The notes under the pieces were generated by a model. It searched no databases and was not told where the DNA came from. It saw only the letters and a program-made list of their open reading frames with translations. A program made the position numbers and the translations under genes. From Squalus acanthias (lineage: Eukaryota), in the NCBI GenBank assembly GCA_030390025.1, contig CM059431.1:128714001-128778000 (forward strand): a stretch of 64,000 nt of DNA. Direction: 5' to 3'. This document shows, in pieces, positions 22,806-34,950 of the stretch (within the stretch, counting starts at the first letter, position 1; the number at the start of each line of letters is the position of its first letter).

Positions 22806-24199
22806 GGAATTACCTTTTGCTTCCAAAGTCCACTACCACTTTGTGGAGGCGAAGTATTACTGCCATTCAACTGGCTTTAAACTAGACATGGATTGTTTTT
22901 TCAAAAATTTTCCAGACATTTCTAAGATGCAAACCAGACACCAAAGCTTTCTGTTTTTAAAAATATACCTTTTTTGCTCAGCAAAAAAAGTCCATTTAAA
23001 CAGCACACTACAGCAAACAGTCTACAAGGTCTATTTAAAAGGAATCTCTAAGAACTAGAGGAAACAGAACTCATGGCCAAAACTGCAGCAATTTCTCCCG
23101 ATAAAAACAGGGTGATTTCTCCAGAAAAATGCAGTAATTGGAGGATAGTTACATACAAATTATATGTATAAAATCAATCCCAGTCACTTACAGCATTGTG
23201 ATTGATGGGGAGAATTACCCAGTCATCTCCATTCTAGCTGGGAATAGTGATGTTACTATATGCAGCTGAGAAAGGCTGGCTATGCTGGAAGAGAGAGTTA
23301 TGAAGTTAGTGGAGGAGATGAATTAAGTTTTTTTTTACAGATTATGAAGTTTTCTGTAGAATGCTCCTTCTTCACGCCTTCCTCTGTAAACTGCTGCAAT
23401 TAGCATGCGTGCTGTGAACTGATACCTGCTGCTGAACAGACGGGAGCCTCCTCAATTGCTGATGTAGAGGATCCCACCTGGGGAACATTTGATGTGGTCA
23501 GTATACTTATACCACCAAGAGGAAATGGGAAAGCTAAAGGGGAAAAAGAAGCTGGCTCCAAATTCCGACATCAAAAGATCTGGGTCAGGTATGGAGCAGG
23601 TAAGGCAGGGTAAGCAGTCTCAGAAAGCAAAGGTAAGTTACACCATCGTATTTGTTAGTTTTTTTGCCAAACAAGGGGCAGATCCAAATCTCTCAGTTAA
23701 AAACAGATACAAAATATCTCTTCAACTCTTCTGCCATGTCCTTATTGTCATCAATAATTTTGCCCCGAATCACCCTTCAATGATTTTATTTGTTCTGTAA
23801 CTAACCTCTGACTCCTAATATAAATAAAAAAATGCTTTCTCATTATTTCAGCGAAGTTCAATCATCCTCTTGTCTAGATTCAATTGTATTATATTTCTTC
23901 TTGTTAATGCTAACTGCTTTTTATATGTTTCGCTATCCAAATGGCTATTACTCATTTTATAAGCCTTGAGTATCTTTTGTTTGAGCGCAAGTTGCTGATT
24001 CGGGTCTTTAAAATTAAGGATATTGATAACATACAATAGCATAGATTGTTTGAGATGATGGGGTTGGGTAGAGCTAGGAGTCATTCACTTAAATTGAGAA
24101 AACAAGGAGTGAGGTTGGATGTGCAGAAGTTTTATTTTAATTGGAGGATGACCAACCTATGGAATGGCTTTCTGAAGCTGCTGCTTTAAAATACATCGT

Positions 24200-27100
24200 T
24201 AATGCATCAGCAGCAGCGGCAGTGCGGACCTGGGAGGACCGGCGAGGCAGCAGCGGCGGTATAAAGTGAGCCCGAGGCGCAGGTAGGCCCCACAGCAGCA
24301 GCAGCAGTGGTGGCAGTGCGGTCCTGGGAGGAGCGGCGAGGCGGTGGCGGTACCAAGTCAGCACCGGCAGAACTTTCAAATAGTGACGTCAGAAGTCAAA
24401 AGTGATGTCGGCACAAAGGGAGGGAGCTGATTGGTGAGTATCTGATAAGTGTTTATATTTGGCTTTCTTAAAGTTTTAAGTTTATTCCAGCTAGGTTAGT
24501 AAATAGTCTGTTAATTAGAGGTATGGCAGGGTAGCTCACACCCATGGAATGCACATCCTGTGCCATGTGGGAAGTCCTGGACACCTCCCGTGGTCTGGAC
24601 GACCACATGTGCGGGAAGTGTCGCCAGCTACAGCAGCTCAAGCACCGGGTTACAGAGCTTGAGCGCGGCTGCAGTCACTGCTGTGCATCCGCGAGGCTGA
24701 GAGCTACATGGATAGCACGTTTCGGGAGATGGTCACCCCGCAGCTTAAGAGTGTGCAGGCAGAGAGGGAATGGGTGACCGCCAAACAGAAGAGGAGGACC
24801 AGGCAGGTAGTGCAGGAGTCCCCTGAGCCCATCTTGCTCACCAACCAGTATTCGGTGCTGAGTACTGGTGAGGGCGATGGTTCCTCTGGGGAGTGCAGCC
24901 AGAGCCAAGTCCACAGAACCATGGAAGGCTCAGCTGCACAGGGTGGGGCGGGGGGGGGGGGGGGAAGAGGAGAGGGAGAGCAATAGTGATAGGGGATTCA
25001 ATAGTTAGGGGAGCAGACAGGCGTTTCTGCGGCCGCAGACGTGACTCCAGGATGGTATGTTGCCTCCCTGGTTCCAGGGTCAAGGATGTCACTGAACGGC
25101 TGCAGGGCATTCTGAGGGGGGGAGGGTAAACAGCCAAAGGTTGTGGTCCTAATCGGTACCAACAACATAGATAGAAAGAGGGATGAGGTCCTGCAGGCAG
25201 AGTTTAGGGTGCTAGGAAAGAGGTTAAAAAGCAGGACCTCAAAGGTAGTAATCTCTGGATTACTACCAGTGCCACGTGCGAGTGAGTACAGAAATAGGAA
25301 GATAGAGCAGATGAATGCATGGCTGGAGAGATGGTGTAGGAGGGAGGGCTTTAGATTCCTGAGGAATTGGAACCATTTCTGGGGGAGGTGGGACCTCTAT
25401 AAGCCAGACGGGTTGCACCTCAACGAGAACGGGACCAATATCCTCACGGGAGGGTTTGCTAGTGTTGTTGGGGAGAGTTTCAACTAGCTTGGCAGGGGGC
25501 TGGGAACCTGAGGGTAGAAGCAGAAGGGAGAAAAGCTAAGCTGGAAATAGATGATAGGGGTTATGGTAAAGGGGTATTTAGGAAGGCAAAGAGAAAGGAG
25601 AAGGCAATAGAGCAGGGCAACGACAGGGGTAACGATAACCAGAATGTATCAGGAAGGGGCAAAGCGTACAAGCATAAGAGTGCACCAGAAAATAGAGTCA
25701 GAGTAAGGAAAAATGATAAGGTAAAATGAAAGGCTCTTTATCTGAATGCACGCTGCATTCGTAACAAGATAGATGAGTTGACGGCACAAATAGAAATAAA
25801 TGGGTATGATCTGATAGCCATTACAGAGATGTGGTTGCAAGGTGACCAAGGCTGGAACTGAATATTCAGTGGTATTTGACATTTTGGAAGCATAGGCAGA
25901 AAGGAAAAGGAGGTGGGGTAGCTCTGTTAATAAAGGATGAGATCATTGCAGTGGTGAGGAATTATATTGGCTCAGAAGCTCAAGATGTAGAAACAGTTTG
26001 GGTGGAGATAAGAAATAGTAAGGGTAAGAAGTCACTGGTGGAAGTAATATATAGGCCCCCTAACAGTAGCTACACTGTAGGACAGAGTATAAATCAAGAA
26101 ATAATGGGGGCTTGTAAGAAAGGTACTGCAATAAGCATGGGCGATTTTAATCATCATATAGATTGGACAAATCAAATTGGCAAGGGTAGCCTTGAGGATG
26201 AGTTCATAGAGTGTATTCGGGATGGTTTCTTAGAGCAATACGTTGAGGAGCCAACCAGGGAGCAAGCTATTTTAGATGTGGTAATGTGTAATGAGACAGG
26301 ATTAATTAATGATCTCATAGTAAAGAATCCCCTAGGAAAGAGTGATCATAGCATGGTAGAATGTCAAATTCAGTTTGAGGGTGAGAAACTTGGGTCTGAA
26401 ACTAGTGTCCTGAACTTAAATAAAGGCAATTACAAGGGTATGAGGACAGAGTTGGCTAAAGTGGACTGGGAAAATAGATTAAAGGGTAAGACGATAGATC
26501 AGTAGTGGCAGACATTTAAGGAGATATTGGGCCAGAAATTCGGCTCTCCGGCTTCCCGCGGGTGCAAGGATCGCGCGCGTACTTACATATCGCGCCTGCA
26601 GTTGTGCTTCGGGCCCGCGTGGAATTCGGGTCCTGGGCCTCCTGCAGCTGCCGGCGCGCAGTGCTTGCGTATCCCAGCGGTGCAGTTAGTTCGAAGCGTC
26701 CCCTGGGATCACGAGGGCCATGGAGAGCCAATCAGAGCAGGGAATCTTCATTCATAGATTTGACAGGAAGACCTGTCAAATCTATGAATAGAGATCGGCC
26801 CCAAAACCTCACTAAAACTTCAAATATTTTTTTTTTAAATCACATTTTAAAATAACTATAAATTACACAAATTAACTAGATTAAACAAAAATTAAATTTT
26901 TGAAAAAATTAATTACACTTTTTAACGGTGCTAAAAATAAACTTACATTTCTTTAAAGTATGTAAAAAAGATAAACCTGTTGAAAAAATGTTTAAATTGT
27001 ACTTAATTCACCACTTACCTTGTTAAAAGCAGGCCTTGCGCCTCCTTTTTCCCCGCGCAGCTTCTCCGTACTTACCCTCACGGAGAAACATGAAAAAAAA

Positions 27101-29340
27101 AACGAAGTTCGAGGTCTACGCGTTCGACCTCTGTACCCCTTCCTTCAGGAGAACAGAAGTTTCGGTTTCCAGCACATGCACAGTGCATGCACGAAACCGG
27201 CACTTTCGTTGGCTCTACGGGTGAGTACCCAGCGCATACTCACCCGTGGAGACCCGAATTTCTGGCCCATTACATAAATCTCAGCAAAGGTGCATTCCAG
27301 TGAGAAAGTTAAGGATGGTATCAAATTGAAAGAAAAGGCATACAATGTTGCAAAGATTAGTGGTAGACCAGAGGATTGGGAATTTTTTAGAAACCAGCAA
27401 AGGATGACTAAAAAAATTATAAAGAGGGAGAAGATAGAGTATGAGAGTAAACTAGCAAATAATATAAAAACAGACAGTAAGAGCTTCTTCAAGTATATAA
27501 AAAGGAAGAGAGTAGCTAAAGTAAACATTGGTCCCTTAGAGGATGAGACTGGGGAATTAATAATGGGAAATAGAGAAATGGCAGAGACTCTAAACAATTA
27601 TTTTGGATCGGTCTTCACGGTAGAAGACACTAAAACATCCCAATAATAATAGATAATCAAGGGGCTATAGGGAGGGAGGAACTTAGAACAATCTCTATCA
27701 CTAGAGAAAAAGTACTAGGCAAACTAATGGGGCTAAAGGCCGACAAGTCCCCTGGACCTGATGGCCTGCATCCTAGGGTCTTAAAAGAAGTGGCTGCAGA
27801 GATAGTGGATGCATTGGTTGTAATATACCAAAATTCCCTGGATTCTGGAGAGGTCCCAGCGGATTGGAAAACCGCAAATGTAACGCTACTATTCAAGAAA
27901 GGAGGGAGACAGAAAGCAGGAAACTATAGGCCAATTAGCCTAACATCTGTCATTGGGAAAATGCTGGAATCCATTATTAAGGAGGTAATAGCAGGACATT
28001 TAGAAAATCATAAGACAATCAAGCAGAGTCAGCATGGTTTTATGAAAGGGAAATCGTGTTTGACAAATTTGCTAGACTTCTTTGAGGATGTAACAAAAAG
28101 GGTGGATAAAGGGGAACCAGTGGGTGTGGTGTATTTGGATTTCCAGAAGGGCATTCGAGAAGGTGCCACATAAAAGGTTACTGCACAAGATAAGAGCTCA
28201 CGGGGTTGGGGGGAATATTTTGGCATGGATAGGGGATTGGCTAACTAACAGAAAACAGAGAGTCGGGATAAATGGGTCATTTTCCGGTTGGCAACCAGTA
28301 ACTAGTGGGGTGCCACAGGGATCAGTGCTGGGGCCTCAACTATTTACGATCTATATTAATGACTTGGATGAAGGGACCGAGTGTACTGTAGCCAAATTTG
28401 CTGATGATACAAAGATAGGTGGGTTAGCAAGTTGTCAGGAGGTCACAAAGAGTCTGCAAAAGGATATAGACAGGTTAAGTGAATGGGTAAAAATTTGGCA
28501 GATGGAGTACAATGTGGGAAAATGTGAGGTTATCCACTTTGGAAGGAAGAATGAAAAAGCAAATTATTATTTAAATGGAGTGAGACTACAAAATGCTGCG
28601 GTACAAAGGGATCTGGGGGTCCTAGTACATGAAACACAAAAACTTAGCATGCAGGTACAGCAAGTAATTAGGAAGGCTAATGGAATGTTGGCCTTTATTG
28701 CAAGGGGTATGAAGTATAAAAGTTGGGAAATTTTGATGCAACTTTACAGGGTGCTGGTGAGATCGCACCTGGAATATTGCGTACAGTTGTGGTCTCCATA
28801 TTTAAGGAAGGATATATTTGCATTGGAGGTAGTACAGAGAAGATTCACTAGGTTGATTCCTGGGCTGAAGGGGTTGACGTATGACGAAGGGTTGAGCAGG
28901 TTGAGCCTATACTCATTGGAGTTTAGAAGAATGAGAGGTGATCTTATTGAAACATATAAGATTCTGAGGGGGAATGACAGGGTGGATGCTGAGAGGATGT
29001 TTCCCCTAGTGGGGGTATCTAGAACTAGGGGGCATAGTTTCAGAATAAGGGGTCGCCCATTTAAGACGGAGATGAGAAGGAATTTCTTCTCTCAGAGGGA
29101 CGTGAATCTTTGGAATTCTCTACCCTGGAGAGCTGTGGAGGCGGAGTCACTGAATATATTCAAGGCAGAGATTGACAGACATTTGAACTACAAGGGAGTC
29201 AAGGGGTATGGGGAGAGAGCGGGAAAGTGGTGTTGAGGACAAGATTGGATCAGCCATGATCTTATTGAATGGCGGAGCAGGCTCGAGAGGCCAATTGGCC
29301 TACTCCTGCTCCTGTTTCTTATGTTCTTATGTTTTTATGT
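24200..29340 (+). mobile_element. Near full-length CR1 LINE (copy 2) with a MITE insertion
   Basis: GC-rich repeated 5'UTR; ORF1 CTSC...CGKC, IVIGDSIVRG, IGTNN, DGLHLN; ORF2 APE and RT (28124..29236); TTCTTATG tail. 5' boundary approximate. Confidence 0.93.
26529..27268. mobile_element. Harbinger-type MITE, 740 bp (AT-core family)
   Basis: Perfect 15-bp TIR GGGCCAGAAATTCGG; ATT TSD at 26526-26528 and 27269-27271. Confidence 0.95.
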
Positions 29341-31563
29341 GGGAAATGTTTGGAAAACCATGCGATCACAGCAGAAGGGAGGTAAAATCTTGGCCAGCAA
29401 CCATTGGGTTGGGGCCTCCTTGGGCTTGCCTATTCAACTTCAAGTGGTTTGAGAGGAATATGGGTCAGAGGCTTTCTGAATTGTCTCTAGTTCTCTTTTT
29501 TTTTGCCTCTCAGAACATGGGGAAGGAAGGGTGATGATGGGGATGAGGCCAGTAAGAAGTGCAATAAAGGCATGCAGGTCTGCTGGCTTTTTCTTGCCCT
29601 GAGTACGTAACATGACATATTCATGCTATATAATTGTTATCCGTCATAGTACATATCAAAGCAATAAAGGCACTTCTACATTAGTTAACTCTTCACGTAC
29701 ATCAAGCCTTTCCTCATAACTATAGTTACCTATTCCTATCCCTGGCATCATCCTGGTGAATCTATAGAGCATGTATACCAAGAACTTCCAAAACTACAAA
29801 TCTATGCCTTGCTCTGATATATGAATACTAACCAGACTGTAATGTAAATTGCCTGAAGCTTGCAGAAAAAAGCTAGCAATTACTGCTCTTAACCCTGTGT
29901 GTACTATTACTACTGATAGTAGTGCACTGAAAAAGGAAATAAGAGGGGCTAAGAGAGTGTATGAGAAAAGATTAGCGGATAACATAAAAAGGAGCATTAA
30001 AGTCTTTTATGAACATACAAAGAGTAGAAGGATAGTCAAATGAAGGGTGTGACTGATTAGAGACCAAAACCAAAACCTTCTTGTGGAGACAGAGAGCATT
30101 GCTGAGGCACTAAATGAGTACTTTGCATCTGTCATCACAAAAGAAGAGGATGCTGCCAATGTAGCAGTAAAGGAGGATGGGGTAGAGAAATTGGATAGGA
30201 TAAAAAATTGATTAAAAAAGAGACACTTAAAAGGTTGGCAGTGCTCAAAGTAGAAAAGTTACCTGGTCTGGATGGGATGCATCCTTGGTTGCTGAGGGAA
30301 GTAAGGGTGGAAATAACAGAGGCTGTGGCCACAATCTTTCAATCCTCCTTGGATATAGAGGTGGTGCCGGAGAACTGGAGGGTTACAAATGTTACACCCC
30401 TGTTCAAAAACCGGAAATGTATACACTGGATAACTACAGGCCAGTCAGGCTAACATTGGTGGTGGGGAGACTTCTAGAGACCATAATCTGAGACAAAAAT
30501 TAATTTTCACTTGGAAAAACATGTGTTAATAAATGACAACCAAAAACGAATTTGTTAAAGGCAAATCATGTATGGCCAATTTGATTGAGTTCTTCAATGA
30601 AATAATGGAGAGGCTTGATGAGAGTAGTGCAGTTGATGTTGTGTATATGGACTTTCAAAAGTTGTTTGATAAAGTGCCATATAATAGACTTTAGCGAAAT
30701 TGAAGTCCATGGGATTAAAGGGGCTGTGGCAGCATGGATACAAAATTGGTTAAGAGACAGAAAGCAGGGAATAGTGGTGAACGGTTGTTTTTCAGACTGG
30801 AGGGAAGTAAACAGCAGTGTCCTGTAGGGGTCGCTATTAGGACCACTGCTCTTTATGATATATATTAATGACCTGGACTTGGGTATAGGGGGCATATTTT
30901 TAATGTTTGCTGATGAAAAAAACTTGGAAATGTAGTAAACAGTGAAGAGGATTGTAGCAGAATTCAGGAGGACATAGACAGACTAATGAAATGGGCAGAT
31001 GAAATATAATGCAGAGAAATATAAAGTGATGCATTTTGGGAGGAAGAATGAGGAGAGGCAATCTAAGCTAAATGGTGCAATTTTAAAGGGTGTTCAGGAA
31101 CATAGAGGCTTGGGTACACATACATAAGTCTTTGAAGGTGGCAGAACAAGTTGATAAGGCTGTTAAATAAGCATACAGGATGCTTGGATTTATAAATAGA
31201 GGCAGAGTTCAAAAGCAAAGAAGTCATGCTGAACCTTTATAAATCACTGGTTAGGCCTCAGCTGGAGTATTGGCCAGAATTTTCCCTACCGAGCCGGGTC
31301 GGGTGGGTGCGGGCCGCATAGCAGGTCAGTACCACGATGTCGTGATGCCCGCTCTTCAGAGCGGCTTTAGCGTAATGGCCCCTATTAAAACAAGCATCCG
31401 TGTTTCCTGGCCCTATTAAATGGTGCGGGTCAGATGACATCATCGATGACTCATTTCCAGCGGGGCTATTTGAAGCAGCCTTGGCCACCTTGCATTTGTA
31501 GGTTCATGAAGGAGTGTGGAGGGAGTATTGGAGAGGAGAGTGTTGTTGCTGACAAATAGAAAC

Positions 31564-33515
31564 ATGAGTTCACAAAGACAGAGGGCTGCACTCCGCTTTT
31601 CCAATGACTCCCTACATATTCTTGTGGAGGGAGTCAGAGCATGCAGGGAGGTCTTCTTCCGTGCTGATGGGCAGAAGAGGTCTCCTCAAGAGACCAAAAG
31701 GACCTGGCTCCAAATTGCTGAGGAGGTCAACAGCAGGGATGTCATCAGGAGGACCTGGATACAGTGCAGGAAGGGCTTCAATAATTTGCTGAGATCAGGA
31801 AAGGTGAGTGCAATGCCACACTCACCCTCATCCTGCTCTGCCTGTCAACACATCCCCATCACTCAGCCTTGCCAAGCCTACTCCACACCAACATACCTTG
31901 CACGTCCACTCACCGCTCTCTCTCTATGTGCATACTCACATCCCCATCTGACTAACCACCCCTCACACTCACCTTCATCTTAATGTAATCATAACAAGTA
32001 ACACCACAGAAAGAGGCCATTTGGTATTGGCACGCCACTCCCTCATAGTCACCCTCTGCAGATGTAACCCATCCATTCCTTACACTCATTCCATCACTCT
32101 CACTCAAACTTCTCTTCATTCCCTCCTTGCAGGAGAAAAGAGCCCAGAACAAGAGAGAGAGGGAGAGAACCGGAGGTGGCCCTCCATCCTTCAGTACTTT
32201 GACTGCAACAGAGGAGGTGGCCCTGGAGGTGTTGAGAGTTGCAGAGCTGCTGGCGGTGAGAAAAAAGAAAGGCTTACATTTATATAGTGCCTTTCCCGAC
32301 CCAAAGTGCTTTACAGCCAATGAAGTACTCTTTGAACTGTAGTCACTGTTGCAATGTGGGAGACTGAGAGAGGGGGACCTCTCAGCAACCTGGTGACAGA
32401 ATTACATCTCATACAGCCACATGGCATACATCAGTCACTCATATGGTGACTGATGTCAGCAGCCAGTGAATGTTCATCAGGTGCGTAATGGTATTGTTAT
32501 CTATTCTTAATATAACATATCTAACTCATCTCTTTACTTTCCCACAGGTCCATCAAGAGTCCCCCCACCACTGTCCAGCCAGAGGAGGAAGATGACTCCT
32601 CTGAGGAGCCTCCAGCCTCTGAAGGTGCACAGTCAGCAGACCCAGGCGCACCCAGCACCAGCACAGATACACACACCTCGGTGGGTCCTATGCGAGATAG
32701 GGTTGTGTTGTCACCTGGTGTCTCACACTTCACAAGTGAGCAAGAGCAGATGGTGTTGACAGGGACAGCAGTGGAGACTCCTCACCAGAGGGTGCAGGAC
32801 GCTCCCAGCTCTGCTCAGCTGCATGCAGACGCTGAGCCTCAGGGGCCATCGAGAAAGGGGGTGATCCTGGAGGGGCAGCAAGAAATGCAGTAGGCTCTGG
32901 CAGGTTTTGCAGCCACGATGTCTGCAAATGTGGAGAGAATGGAGGAGTCCATCTCCAACATGGACACCACCGTGTTGCAGGCGATGGCGACAATGTGCTC
33001 TTCCATGGAAAGGATGGCCACCTGCATGGAGAAGCTAATGCACCACTCACATGAGCACATGCTAGCTATGGAGAACAGATGGCCGAGGCTCATAGACCTC
33101 CTCTCTAGGAGGGATGTAAAAGTAGGTTTGGGTCCTCATGGCCCACTGCAGTGCAGCAAGGTGCTCTCCAGCTCCTTGCTAGCAGGGAAGTGCGGGTGAC
33201 CCATGAGAGGGATGATGGTGAGGGGGACATGGAAGTGGGGGTTCCTCTCAAAGCGCTCCCACTTTTCCCCATTGCCACCCCCTCGGTCAGAGTCCCAGAT
33301 GCTTCCTCGGCTCGCGATGGCCGTCTGTCCCTGCACAGTCACAGGAGGAGCAGTCTTTCGTGGGGCCCTCACAGGCTCCAAAACCCAGAGGACGTGCGCC
33401 AAATGTGTCAACGCAGTCGCAGCAGGGAAGTGAGCAGCCTGCCACTAGCTCTGCTGAAGCCACAGGGGTTGCACCTCATAGAAGCACACATAAAAGAAAA
33501 AAGCCACAATCCTAA
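31564..33515 (+). pseudogene. Harbinger Myb/SANT-like pseudogene
   Basis: MSSQRQRAALRFSNDSL...WLQIAEEVN...WIQCRKGFNNLLRSGK then GTGAGT; EKRAQNKRERERTGGGP; SINE-tail insertion and stops. Confidence 0.88.
32258..32357 (-). mobile_element. About 100-bp SINE/L2-type 3' tail inserted in Myb-like exon 2
   Basis: Reverse complement CAACAGTGACTACAGTTCAAAGAGTACTTCATTGGCTGTAAAGCACTTTGGG...CACTATATAAATGTAAGCCTTTCTTT; absent from the paralogous exon at 60786-60935. Confidence 0.75.
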
Positions 33516-33829
33516 ATGCACAAGGGTATGCACATGGGTGTATGAACAACTGTTAATGCTAAGGTTCCTTTACTGTTATCACACATATAAAAGTATTTAT
33601 TTACACCACTTTCCGGTCATGCCCATTTTTGTCTGCTACTTTGGAAATAGCTTTGTGAGTTGGCGTGAATGGTGAGACGTAACGTGACCCCCAGCAATGG
33701 GGGTCAGTGTGAAAGGAATGGCTTATTCATTTTGGGATGCTTTATGGTGTTGTTGGTGGGGTGGGGAACTTGGCACAGTATGTGGCAGCCATATGGGTGC
33801 AATGCAAGAAGTTAAGTAAGTTAAGTAAA

Positions 33830-34950
33830 TCTGGCTATTATGAGGCCATCCTTGGCAATGTGCTCCGCTGCTGATGCCATCTGGACCTCAGGTTCCTCCT
33901 CCTCCTCCTGCTCCAGCTGATGCTCCTCCTCCTCCTCTTCTGAAGAGGCTGTGTGCTCAGAGCCTTGCTCCTCATGCAGCGCTAATCCTCGTTACTGCGC
34001 TATGTTGTGCAGCGCGCAGCAGACGATGATGATTCTGGAGACCCTGGCTGGTGCTTACTGAAGGGCTCCTCCAGATCTGTGAAGGCATCTGAAGCGCATC
34101 TTCAACATCCCTATTGTTTACTGTATGACACATCTGGTGGACATGTGACTTTCATTATAACGCTCCTTGGCATCATTGCTTGGCCTCTTCAAGGGTATCA
34201 TGAGCCATGTTTTTAGTGGATAGCCCTTGTCGCCAAGTGTGTTTGGTGGTGCAAAGAGCTGAGGGAGGGTGGACTGGCACAGGACGAAAGAGTCATGACA
34301 GCTGCCAGGGAATTTGGCACACACATGCTTGATGATCTTCCTATGGTTGAGACAAGCTGCACATTGAGGGAGTGGAAGCCCTTGCGGTTGACAAAGACTC
34401 CTGAGTGATGATGGGGTGCCCTGATGGCCACATGCGTGCAGTCGATGATGCCCTGCACCCGTGGGAAGCCAGCCAGTGTGGCAAAGCCGAACGCCTGCTC
34501 AGTAACACTGGCTTCATCAGTGGCAAAGTTGATATAATTTTCTGACTTGTCAAAGAGGGCATCGGTGACTTGTGTGATGCACCTGTGGGTGGCCAACTGC
34601 GAGATGCCACAAATGTCTGCTGCAGATCCCTGGAAGGAACCTGAGGTGAAGAAGTTGAGGGCGTTGGTGACTTTGACCGCCAATGGTAAGGTGTGTCCAC
34701 CAGGACCTCTGGACTGCAGGTCTTGTTCCAGCAAGCTGCAAATGTCTGCGATGACCTGGTGCGATAGCCTGAGCCTCCTTTGGCACTGCTGCCCAGTCAT
34801 GTTGAGGAAGCTCATCCTCTGCCTGTATATCCTGTGTTGGGAGTATCGCCTCCGGCGCGCTGCAGCCCTGCGCTGATGCCATCTGTCATTGAGGAGAAGG
34901 TTGGTGGTGTTGTTGCTGCTGCTGCTGCTGCTGGTGGGGCTCATCCTGAT
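33830..34950 (-). pseudogene. Harbinger transposase pseudogene
   Basis: [21 protein letters not shown], frameshift, [26 protein letters not shown]. Confidence 0.93.

Noticed and set aside
23341..23635. Possible host exon (polypyrimidine-ACAG acceptor and several GTAAG donors)
   Set aside because: Stops occur in all three + frames soon after the acceptor and no recognisable protein appears; a non-coding exon cannot be excluded without RNA-seq.
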